Source: Vitrella brassicaformis CCMP3155
Lineage: Eukaryota; Protista; Chromerida
DNA length: 64,000 nucleotides
Assembly: GCA_001179505.1 (NCBI GenBank)
Contig: CDMY01000698.1
Span: 124,001 to 188,000 of the forward strand
Direction of reading: 5' to 3'
Shown: positions 24,926 to 37,300 of the stretch, in pieces
How positions within the stretch are numbered: position 1 is the first letter of the stretch
How the letters are laid out: each line of letters begins with the position of its first letter
The notes under the pieces: generated by a model
Seen by the model: the letters and a program-made list of their open reading frames with translations, nothing else
Told to the model about the DNA's origin: nothing
The model's database searches: none
Made by a program: the position numbers and the translations under genes

Positions 24926-26667
24926 ATGCTGCCTTGTCGCTTGCGGCAGGTGTGCTCTCTGGTGCCACGCGCATCAGCATGCGTCGTCAGCGGAGAAAAC
25001 TTCTTGGTGCGGCCTCTGGTGCAGCTGCAGCACCGTGCCTTGTCGACGATGGATTTCTCATCGGACGTCCTCACGATGGAGAACAAGGGCAACGCCGTGG
25101 CCATGCTGAGGTGAGGAAGCGAAAGAAAGAAACAGCAGAGATCTGTAGCATACGACGTGAGCATGATGCCTTGTGTGTGCCCAGGCTGAATCGCCCGAAG
25201 GCCCTGAATGCCGTCAGCGACGATGTCTGTAGAGATCTCGTCAAGGCGTTGCAGATGGTCGATGCTGGTCAGCAAGAAACTTACGTGCTCACGACGCACA
25301 ACTGGCTGATGCTGCCGCCGCCGTCGTGTGTGTGCTTGGCGGTGATGTGTTGTGTGATGGGTACAGATGACGCCTTTCGCGCCATTGTGCTGACGGGCAG
25401 CGGCGAGAAGGCATTTGCCGGTCAGACAGGCAGGAAGGGGCGCTCTGTACCCATTCTAGGATTCTCTCCTTGTGCTCCTGTGTGTCTGTCTGTGTGTGTG
25501 TGTGTGTTTCATTCAGCGGGTGCTGACATCAAGGAGATGGACTCCCGCCCTGACTTCCCCACCGTCGCCCGAATGGACATGCTGCAGCACTGGAACGAAA
25601 TCAGCAAAATACGGTCGGCCATCTCTCTCTTTGTGTGCGGCGGGGCGGCATCGCATGTGTGACGGCCCTTGTTTGTTTCTTGTGCGTCGATCGTCAGGAA
25701 GCCGGTGATTGCAGCTGTGAATGGCTTTGCGCTGGGTGGCGGGTGCGAGCTGGCCATGATGTGCGACATCATACTGGCCAGCGATAAGGTCAGTCAGCTG
25801 GAACGACCAGCCCGCCGTCATGACACACACTCAAATGAATGAATGAGTATCTGTCTTGTGCGCGTGGCGTCGGTCAGGCAAAGTTCGGTCAGCCGGAGAT
25901 CAAACTCGGATGTATACCAGGCAATGGACAAGCCGACACACGCACACACACACACACACACACAGAGGGAGCATCCTCAGTGCAGTGCAGAGCAGACCGC
26001 TTTCCGTGTGTGCACTGGACCCCCCGCAGGTATGGGTGGCACACAGCGTCTGACTCGCGCAGTGGGCAAGAGCAAGGCGATGGAGTGGATACTCACGGGC
26101 AACTTCTTCACAGCTGAACAAGCCGAGAAGGCAGGTAAGGTGCGCAGGCAGACCGGCCAGCAATGGCCAGCCGGCCCGTGTGATGTGATGGGTGGCATGG
26201 GCTGTAGGTCTGGTGAGCCGTGTGGTGCCGGCCGACAAGCTCGAAGCTGAGGCGCTGCAGCTGGCCACCGACATCGCCAAGATGCCATACCATGCAAGTA
26301 CGCAGCGGCGCACCTGCAAGCCTTCTGCCCTGTCTTATCCCTCTCTCTCCCCCTCCCCCTCACCATTTGTGTGTGTGTTTGTGTGTGTGTGTGCGTGTGA
26401 ATGCAGTTGTGATGGCCAAGGAGTGCGTGAATCGTGCGTACGAGTCGTCGCTGGCCGAGGGCCTGCTGTACGAGAGGCGGGCATTCCACGCCACCTGGGC
26501 TACGGTGAGCAGACAGATATGGGCACTTGATGGGCAGATGACGGGGGGCACAGCACCGCTGACTGACGTATGACCTGCTCTTCATGTAATATGTTATGCA
26601 GGCTGATCGTTCTGAGGGCATGAAGGCCTTTGTCGAGAAGCGGGAGCCGGAGTGGCAGCACAAATGA
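24926..26667 (+). CDS. ECHS1: Mitochondrial enoyl-CoA hydratase (crotonase)
   Basis: Transit-like N-terminus, [63 protein letters not shown]. Confidence 0.95.
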
Positions 26668-27920
26668 ATGATGATCGTATTTATTGATGACGTGACGCCC
26701 GCCGGATGGATAAATGGATCGGACTGATGTGTGGCTGACTGGTTGCTATGCTAGCGTGATGGAGACTGACTGCATGTCGTTCGTTTTATCGTTCGTCGCT
26801 TTGTTTGTGCGTGTGGGTGGCCGGCTGTGGTGTGTTTGTCTGATGTGATGGACGCGTGGGTGTTTCTGTCTGATGTGTCGGTCGGTCGATGTAGGTGGGG
26901 TGGGGGCATGGCTTTGGTGGCCATGTATCGTATACATCAGCTCCTGGGTAGATAAGTCGGTACAGTGAGTAGGTCAGCCGTGTGCCAGTCAGCCCAGCCG
27001 TGTGTCATCCATCGCGTGTGTGTACTCTGTCGTTTGTTTGGACTCCTCCCTCTGCGCCAGGTGTTGACAGTCCATCGTCATGTATCATGGTCTCTCCCCG
27101 TCTCATGTGCACACACCCCTGAATGCACGCTGACCCCTCGGCTGCTACTCCACCTGTCTACACAAATGTCCGTCCGACACAGAATGAGATACCTGTACGT
27201 CCCTCCCCCCAAACGCAACGCACGCACACAACACGCACAGAAGACAGCAAGGACATCATAGATTTCCGCCCACACACAGAGGCATGTGGGAATTGGCAGC
27301 TTCTCTGGCCATGTACGCATGACAAGTATCCGAACAAGCAAAGGAGGGAGGGGGTGACTCTGTCTGTTGTGTCTGTCTGTCTGTCTTTGGGTCATCAAAA
27401 GCCAGGCGGGCGGCGATCAGAATGCCGGCCAGCCGACTACACTAAATGCAGTCACATGAGCACATCAACACGCAGTAGTGTGTCGGTGCGTGTGGATGGA
27501 CCTGTCTGTCTGTCTTTCTGTCTGTCTGTCTCAGACTTCACCACACTACAACTCAATCAACAACGGGGCTGGCGGGGATGTGATGTGCCAGATGCGATAC
27601 ACTTGCTTACAGTCTACCTCTCTCCTCTCAAACCCACGCACATCCATCCATCCATCAAAGTGAAGAAGGGAAGCTACCTGTCTACCTGTCTCAGCTAGCT
27701 AGTGCAGTAAACCCATCCATCTTTTGTTGTCACGTCAGCCAGGCACCTGTCGTCTGTCGTCTTGCAGCGGAAGATTCACACGCCAAGCACCTGCACACGA
27801 CACACCACACCAACCGAACACACACAGACGTGCCTTGTAGCCTCTCGGCTGCTGTCTGCCTCACCACGCACAGCACACACCCATACACACACATACCTGT
27901 GCGTTTGTCTGTAGGCAGAA

Positions 27921-29008
27921 TTAGGGCCCGAACCTAATCTCGCCTGTCTCGTCTTCATCAGGCTGGCTCTCTTCTTCATCCTCCTCTTTGTCTGGCGGGG
28001 GTGTGAAGGCCGGTGCCGCGGGAGCCTCCTGCTCGTCCTCAGGCTCATCAGGCTCATCAGGCTCATCCTTTCCGGGATGACCTCCTCCTTGCTGTAGGCA
28101 GACGTCGTCGGGCACCTTCACCAGCACACCCTCGCACTGCCCGTAGCCCAGGTTGGGGGCCGCACACGACTTGCAGAAGTTGACACCCAGGGGCAACTCG
28201 AGCGGCTGGCCATTGCAGTCGGTGTTGCCCTCGCACTTGAGCATGTTGGTAATGAGGTTCCTCTCCAGCACAACATGGGGCTGGTTGTTGGCTATCTTGA
28301 CGTTGCAGGCCGTGTTACCCTCCATCTCGACTCCGCCCTTGTTGTTGGCGATGACGAGGTTGTTGACGTCGTCGACGCGCATGGTGCTGTCGCTGCCGTG
28401 CTCGCACACGGAGTCGGTGTGCGTGTCCTCCTCTATCTCGAGCTCGCCCTGGATGTGTTTGAACTCGGCGAAGGGCGACTTGTTGCGGTTGGCGTCAACG
28501 CCCCGGCTGGTCCTGTGGACGGAGATGAGGTTGCCGGCCACATTGCGTGCCAAGACCACGAAACGACTTATGTCCTGTAGATGGGTGGGGGGATGGACGC
28601 ACACGGAGCCACAGACAGACATGGCGGTGTGTGTGTGTGTGTTTCTGACGAGGCGCGCCCACCCCACCCCACCCCACCCAGCGGCCGTACCTCGAGGATG
28701 ATGTCATCTTCGACTTCGTTGTGTACGATGCGCAACTTGCCCTGGAGGTTCTTGACTTCCAGCCCCTTCATCTTGCTGTCCTCGACGGTGATGCTGCCCA
28801 CCCAGTCCTGTATGATGAGGCACCCGGACAGCTCCAGGTGTTTGCGCCAGATGTCGCCGTTGAGCGTCCCTCCGTCGCCGATCAGCTCCATGTTGCCCTC
28901 CACTATCTTGCCCGGCGCCGACGAGCGCTCACACACGCCATGGACCCCGGTGGAAGCCGAGAGGAGGGACACGAGGACGGCTACGAGGGAGGCAAGAGAG
29001 GAGGCCAT
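27921..29008 (-). CDS. Secreted right-handed parallel beta-helix-like protein with acidic Pro-rich tail (possible extra last exon to 27776)
   Basis: Signal MASSLASLVAVLVSLL. Repeating (I/V)xxNx(I/V)xGx(L/V) rungs. C-terminal Cys cluster. Confidence 0.6.
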
Positions 29009-29309
29009 GGTGAACGGGGGAGTCGAATACCCTGGGGAAAAAAGGCTGAAGGAGCGAGAGAGAGAAGTTGGGGATTCTCGGACTTCAGGAACGCTTTCGC
29101 TTTCTGCAGAAAAGCGCATTCAACGGCGAGCGTTTTATAACGCCAGCTGTCATTTTATTTCTGTCCTTGACGCCGCGTAAGCACGAACACACGTATGCCT
29201 CCCCACAGATCATGCAGCCAGCTACTGGTATCACCATGAAGATGCACACATGATGTAAGCATTGATTGACACACACGTGCACCCCCCTCCGTGAGTGCCC
29301 GCTGTCTGT

Positions 29310-31257
29310 TTAGACAGCCGGGTTCCTGTATAGGTATGGCATGTTTGATGGCAGGATCTGCTTGGCACGCCCACGCAACTCGCTCCCCTCCTCTGATGTC
29401 ACTATCAGAGGCGGCACATACTTATCCGCTGCACAAATTAACCGACCACACGAGACTTGATGTCCTGTCTGTCTTCTGTCTGTCTGTCTGTCTGTCTGTC
29501 TGGGTACCTTTGAGTGTGTCGGTGACATCTTCCCGCTTTGCCACGGCCTTTTCTGCCTTGGTGCGGCCAATGAGGGCTCGGACAGACGCATTGGAGTGCA
29601 CATTACGCATTTGCTGTGGAGAATGGGCGTTCAGAGACGGACCGTCAGACACACGTATCGATACCATGTCAAACACAAAGAGATCACCTGTGACGTGTGG
29701 AGCACTCTGTCCGCTTCAGCCTTCGCATCCCCTTCTCCTTCCGGCTGATGACATTGACACAGACACACACACACACACACGCACACACACGGACTTGTTG
29801 TCCATCAGCGGTCATATGCATCAATTGGTGTCTGCGTGCCGCGCCTACCGAGCCGTTCCATGCTGGTCGGTCCTCAAGACCTGCCGCTGGCGCCTCGCCG
29901 TTTAATACATGGCCATTGTGCTTGCCTGCACATGAACGGAGCTGTGTCTCTGATGTGATCGATGCGATGCCATGCGATGGTGGTCGCTTCCACGGTACCA
30001 TTTGTGAGTAGTTCTTGCTCGAGAGCCCCTTCCTGTGGGTTGGCCTCCTCCGCTGGCTGCTCCTCAGCGGCGTTGAGGTCATCCAGCAGCTGCTGCTGCC
30101 ACTCCTCCTCCTGTTGATCGACCGGCCATTCAGCAGAGAATTGGACACGCTCCACGTGTACGATGGATGCCATGGGCACGTGTGCGTATGTCTCCCCAGC
30201 CCACCTCTTTCTGGAGCTGCCTTGCCCTGGTTGCCAGGAAGGACAGGGCGCTCTTGAACTCAAGATCGTGCACATACTCCTCAAAGTCAAGGGACTGAAT
30301 GGACACACACATACACATACACAGGACGTCAACCCGCCAAATGTGAAGGTGTGACAGCTGTCTGTGTCGCAAGACTTATTCGCCGGTCGGTCGCTGACCG
30401 ATGCGAATTGTATGAGGCTGTCCGCGTTCTCCTCCTCAGCGGCCTCCACCTGCTGGGCCGTCATCGCCCACAGCGGCCTCTTGGACGCATCTTCCTCTTG
30501 ACGGGCTGCACCCACGCCCCTCCCATGCTTCCGGGGACCCGACAGCTGCAGAGCTTCCATCAGACGAGAACGCTCCGGCTGAACAGGCTCGGCTCCCGCT
30601 GCTTCGTCCCTTTTGGGCTGTTTGCGTAGTGTGACCCCTCTCTCTGTCCAGTAGTCGGCCATCATGGCCCGGACGGCCTCCCGCTGTGCGTCGCCCTTTG
30701 CCTTGATCTTACGGTGCCTCGCCTCCTCCTCAGTGGCCTCCAGCGCAAGATACTGCTTTGTGTCACGAACCTGATAACATACATACGGCCGATGCAATTA
30801 TGCGGTGCAGACCAAGATGGTGTGTGGGCGGCGTGTATACACACGCACACCTGTGCGGCAAGTTCTCTGAGGAACTTCTTATGTGCGGCCATGGCCGGCA
30901 GGCTGCCGGGCGGACATGACTCGGCGACCGTGACCTTCTTGGCGGGGCAGAGGCCCACGGGCTCATGGGAAGTCACCCACTTGAAGGTCGGAGGGCCGCT
31001 CCCTGACCTGGAGTCAACCAACACATCAATCAGGATGTCCCCTCTCCCTTTGTCATTGCAGAAGCGTGTGCAGTGCATGGGCCTGTACTTTTTCTTGTCG
31101 AGGGGAGCCTCGCCAGGGCGGTTGCAGAGCATCACGCTGCAGAAGAGAACAAGACAAAGCGAGGGGCAATGGCGAAATTGCCATCACTGCAGTGTCATGT
31201 GTGGTGGTGTGTGTACCCCTTGAAGTTGCCAAGGCTGGCGCCTTCTGCTGACGCCAT
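29310..31257 (-). CDS. Conserved-looking uncharacterised coiled-coil protein
   Basis: Spliced MASAEGASLGNFKGVMLCNRP...SLDFEEYVHDLEFK...VHSNASVRALI...PSNMPYLYRNPAV*. Confidence 0.7.
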
Positions 31258-31366
31258 TTTTCGTGCGCGAGACTGGAGGCCTGCGGGGGGCCGACAGGTG
31301 CTAGCCTTGGTTCTCCCTCTTCGCCGCCAATCCTACTCTTCAAGCGCCGCAAAGAGCCCAGGGGAA

Positions 31367-34300
31367 ATGGCTGGAGGTACACTACATTGCAAATTGCCGT
31401 TTCATTGTCACACTGGTCACATATTGATGACAGGCAAGGAGGGTCTTATTGATCGTGTGCTGGCGGTGTGGCGTCGGCGGCACCTGCACCCATATGACAA
31501 GATCAGCGGCAAGACCATCCTCGTCGATTACAAGGTCACTGCGGTGGTTCTGCAATGCATGACACTTACATAATGTATGTGACGTGTGTGTGTGTGTGTG
31601 TGCAGGAGGATCGTTTCTCTCGATGGTTTGATAAGTATGCCAATGCAGAGGGCTCGCTGTCTGCCGAAGATCTGCCACGCACAACGATGGGCGGCGTCTT
31701 GTCCCTCATCTTTGGTGCTCTCGTAGCCGTCCTCTTAGCCACTGGGATATACAAGCTCTCCTCTCAAAATACGACCATTGTGTGAGGCCAAAGTGACCAT
31801 CTGCAGTGGCACGGTTGGTGCCTCCCGGCCCTTTCCTTCGATTCATGCAGGACGGGGGATCAGATTGTCTTCAACCTTGACTGTGTTGGGACGCCTGCCA
31901 AATGCAGCGCGCCGGAGGAAGACGACCCGTAACCTGCATCACCATACAGTGGCATAGGCAGATATGCGAGATACTGGATGGAATGCTGTCCTCACATAGA
32001 TTGGCTGCTGTGCAAGACGCATTTTGGCCATACGGCGACCCTATTGACCTGCCGGCGCTCGACCTGACTGTCTCTTCACGGCTTGAATTCTATGAGACAT
32101 CGGGGAGGACCTCACTGCACAAGATACGGGTGGTTGACAAGATGAGCGTCCACTCATCCCTTCTTGTGAGTGAGACACAGAGACGGCACGTCGTTGAAAG
32201 GAATCGAATCCCCTTTCCTATCTGTTGCAGAATCACCATAGTGCGGTGCCCAAGGTCCGCGCGGTGAAGGACTCCTTTGCAGTGAGGATGAACTCCTGGC
32301 ACAAGGTGTCGGGCCCGCTGTCGTCGCCCACGGAAAACATCGAGCGCGGCATGCACGAAATGATGGTGACTGAGAGAGGCTCATAAAGATGTATGGATCT
32401 TCTTTTCCCTTCCCTCGTGTGTGTGCAGGCCTCATCGGCGTCCCACCAGTTTGATGAGACCTTGAAGCATTTCTACGCCGAAAATGACCGTTTCAGTGAG
32501 TTCGAGGAAGACATGGTAATACATCACCAAACGTCAAGGTCGGCCTCTCCGTATCGCCTACCTACGTTGCTTTCTTCCCCTTCAGTTCGACCACAATGTT
32601 GTGGCATTTTTTCGTTTTGATAAAACTCAGCTGCGTGAGCTTAAGCCATGCCAGCTGCAGGTCGGACTCGTCAACACCGCCGAGTAAGAAAAGGGGGCTG
32701 GGCTGTTGTTGCGCTGTTATCTATCGCACTGCGTGTCATGTCATGTCAGGTTCAAGATCCTCGAGGACGCCATGATCGCAGACCGTATCTATCAGAGCCC
32801 CAACTACACCCAGACGCTCGCCACAGACAGCTTCACCTGGACCACTGCTTCATGGGACTCCCGCACCAAGAGGTGGAGCGACGATCTCACCAAGGGCACC
32901 AACGTCGTCCTCCTCAAGAGCAGCTACACGCGAGCCCAGCTGGCTGCATTCAAAAACACGACGGCATACGGCCCGCTGAACGTCAATGTGAGGGCGCGGA
33001 GGAAACAGGCCACCACGCAGTCGGCGGGATGCACCGACTTCACCAAGGTGAGATAGATAAAGCCAGGCGAGAAAGATGGAGACGCACATACATACATACA
33101 TACAGACAGAGACAGGAAGTCGCTCGTGTACTCATAGGATGGGGCTTTCTTGCACTGGAACGTGTTTGTCAATTACGTCAACAACTTCAATCACACCTTT
33201 GAGAGTGCCACGTGCGATGGTAAGGCTGGCGAGGCGTCCTTCGACTCTGCCTATTGGGTCGCCGCCACCCCCACCAAGAACCAAACCGTCCTCCAGCTTA
33301 CGAACTTCCGACCACCAAAGAACGGTCGGCTTGTGAGTGCCTGTCAGCGGGGCCCAGCGAGTGCCACTGGGTGGCCTTATTGTGAGTTTGTGTATGATGT
33401 GTAGGCAATGCTCCGCCGTTCTTTGTGCTGATGGTCGGAGATGCCGGCATGGAGAGGATGAAGGTCGTCAAACTCAACAACACAGCCAAAACGTGGGCGG
33501 CACTCACACAATCACACCTCTGCACACGTCTGTATCAATGCTTGCGTACCTAGAATGACGGTAGAACGTGGTGGTGACATCGACACGGCCATCACCTTCA
33601 ACATCAGCCGGCCCACATCCTATCCCCCCACTCCACCAGCAGCATGGAGGTGTCACCCCGCCGACTACCTCGACGGCTCCACCTGCCACTGTTTGTGTGG
33701 GGCCGCAGACCCCGATTGTCTGGCGATCAACCCACCTACCAAAACTGCGCAGCTGACGAATTCTGCACGCCGCTGGGCAGATGCGCTCGCCGTCCGCCCG
33801 GTGAGTGACTGTGCTGACTGGCAGAAGAGAGTGATCCCTGATGGGTGTCGGTGTATGCATTGCTGTCAGGTTACGATGTCGGCCAGGTGTCCATCAGTGA
33901 GGACTGTGTCAACCTGGCGTTGCCGGGGGAGACGGTCCTCCTGGGCTACATCGGCCCACCAGAAGGCATCACCGCAGCGTAAGGAGGGACAATTTTTGTC
34001 TCACTCACTGTGCCCAACCTACTCGTGTGTGTGTGCAGCGGTGGGTGCCAGGCCTGCCCTTATGAGAAGCTGTATGATGGCGCATCGGTGCTCAATGATC
34101 ATGGGGAGTATGTGTGCCAGTACAAGGCTCTTGGACACATCAACGGCAAGAACGTCAGTCAGCAGCTCATGGGCACACGCCAACCAAAGCAGCATGAGAG
34201 TATTGTGTGTTTGGGTGCCTATTCAATCACTCACGTAGGTGTTGACGGAGTTCAATGCGACCAACGATGCCTTCGGCGCCAATCTCACGGCCGGCGGCCT

Positions 34301-37300
34301 CACCAATCAGCGCCGCACTGTCCGCGTGGCGCTTGGTGCCAGCAGCAAGCTGCCCACAACCGCCACGCCATCAAACCCCTATTATGCGGCCCTCGACTCA
34401 GGCAAGGAAGGGTATACACCGAGAGACTCACAGAAGAGGTGTGCACGTGTGCGCAGGTCAGGGGAACCAGGAACTGGCCCGAGTGCTGACTGCCACGGAG
34501 CCAGATGGCCGGAACGAGCAGATAGTGACGATAGAGAGCACGACGTCGACGTTCCGGTTCATGCACTTCAGCTCGGGCAAGCTGGTGTCGGCCCTGTCTG
34601 AGGACTTCACTGACATGATCATGTTCTTGGACAGCCCAGACCACCCATTCCCACGGTAAGAGGTGGCTGGAATGACTGTCGACTCGTGCGTGGACGCCCT
34701 TTTGTTTCTGTAGGTACGGTTCGCATACGGTGCAGATCGACGCCACACAGCTGACAATCAACACGGTGTGTGTGCAGCGACACATTGCCGTCATCTGTGT
34801 GTTTGCTGGATTAGATGTGTGTGTGGGTGAGTGTGATTTGTGCAGGCGACTAAGACTCAGGGCCGGGATGTGCAGCGATTGGGCCTCACTGTGCCCCCGG
34901 CGATTGCACCTGCTGGCTACAGGTCACGGACTGTCGCACCTGTCACGGTCGGCCTGCCCGGCTGCTTGCCTTCCAGCGATCTGTGGGATGAGTCTTGTGT
35001 ATGTCTCCGTGTGTATAGGCGAATCTGGCATCGTTCCATGATGATGGCGGCGGGCCACGGAACATCCATCCCGTCGTGTTCCCCTCAGGCCCCGACTTCA
35101 TCGACTCAGCAGCTGCAGGCAGCTGCCTCAGTATTTACGCCTTCACCGACGATTTCGGCAACAGCTACTGCGATGGAATTCACGACGGTCGGTGAGCCCC
35201 GGTCTCTCCCTGGTGCAGCAATATCGTGTCTTACATTATTACCCCTTTACCATGCAGGCCATCTGGTGGTCGCATATGGCGGGTTCTCATCCAGCCTCTC
35301 GACATTCGATCGCTCCAACCTCACTGGGTGGCAGGTCTTGGTCAGGGGCAACTCGGAGACGGACGTCATCAGCAGCGAGGTGAGAGATCTCCTCACGGCC
35401 GTCGAGTGGAGTTTCCCAAGCAGGAGCACTTTCCCGGCTCGGCGTTTCTTGGCACCAACTTCGACCCCTTCAATGATGACCACTACAATGTTCGGGGTGG
35501 GCTGATGCAGACAGACAATAGGTATCGATCTGTTCATTGGTTGTCTCTTTATTTGCCTTGGTTTCAGGATTCTGGAAATGTAATCAATCAATAGAGCACC
35601 GGGCTGCACTGACGTGAATCGTGTATATGCGTCTCGTGTGATGTCAACATACATGTATGCAGGCGCTATTGAGTTGTGGCTTGACGGCACATGCGACTGT
35701 AACTGTGGCCGCTATGACCCTGACTGCGCTGGCGACACGGGAATCCCGGAGGACTGGCTGCAAGCACAGGGCATCTCGCCAGGGCTGGGCGGAAGCGATT
35801 ATGTGAGCAGCAGGAAAACACTCACCGAGTAGCTCGTCTCGGTGTATCAGTGGCTTTTCTTTGATGATATGTAGGATGACAAGGGCGTGATGATCGAGTG
35901 TCCGGATGGCGACGCGGCATTGGTCAATGTTGATGGCGCCAACATCCAATGCGCAACACTACGTGACATGAGGGCCACATACCCGTAAGCTTGATGGGCC
36001 TGCCTGGCCATCCAGCAGATATCTTGATGCCCTCCGCCCTTCTTTCGTGGCTGCTTATAGGTACTGTTCCTACCCCGCGGGCATTCCCACAGCAGTGAGG
36101 GCCAATGCTTGGAACGGCCTGGGTAAGAGATGCATGCATTTCGTCAGGACGAATCACCACACATACGACAGTCGGAAGTGCTACCGCTCCCTTGTCTTTT
36201 GCTTCTTCCAGCAACCGACAGGATCGACTTCTGGAACCGTGGGTCAATTCATGAGACCATTACTTCCGATGGCTGCCACTCTTGAGACCTCTGCATGTAT
36301 GTGTTTCTGCACGTAGAGAAGCTGTGGGAGGTGATAGTGCTGGATTCGCCGCTGAAGAACTCACGGAGCGCTGGCGTGGTAGTTGAGACACTCGCCATCG
36401 ATACGGTCGGCCGGTGGACGAACGGCACAATGGGAAGTGTATGCTGGGTTTCTTTCCTTTTGCAGCATGCAAGCAGCACCTCTGGCAGAAGGCGGCTGAC
36501 ACAACAGGTGTGTGAGACAAGCAACATCGAAATGCTCCCTTTATGTCTCGCCATGTCTGCCTTCAGGCCTCAGCCACTGCTGACTATGACAGTCTCTTCG
36601 ACGAGCTGGAACCCGACCCCCGCTTGCAAAGGTCACTCAGTCAGACGCCTGGGCATCTGCACTCGCACAATGCACCACACGATTTGGCAATCGCGTCTCT
36701 TGGGTACATGTGCACAGGCACATCTCAATGACGCACCACCAGTCAAGGGGCACTGTCCACGAGGAGGAAAGGCGAAGGCGACTCGAAGCCAACACCACGC
36801 CAGACCGATCGATTCGCTTGTCACAACGTAAGGTCGCAAGGGAGGATCTTCTCGACTACATTAACCGCAGGCTGGAGAACAAGATGGACCATGGCCAACG
36901 TCGGTTGTCTGCCCCAATGCATTCTGTCCCTTCGTCGACCCCTTCTCGACTGCCCCGGAAGCTGCAGCCCGGCGGCGAGGACCCTGCCGACCCCCTGGAA
37001 GATCCAGCGGCCGAGGACCCGATCGAGCCTGACCAGGAGGACCCAATCGCCGACGACCCACTCATAGAGGAACCAGCAGGAGGTCAAACCAGACCGAGAC
37101 ATGCGGTCAGATGATGTGTCCGTACGTGTGTTCATGAAATACAGATGATCCGGACAGTGATTTTGAAGATCCGGTGGTGGAAGATCCTGAACCAGATCCA
37201 GCTGATGCAGCTCTTGACGAGGGCGCGGGAGATGAGGTAGCTGATCCAGTGACAGGAGCTGATGACTTCGGAGGCCAACCAGACCCTGGCCCTGCTCAAG

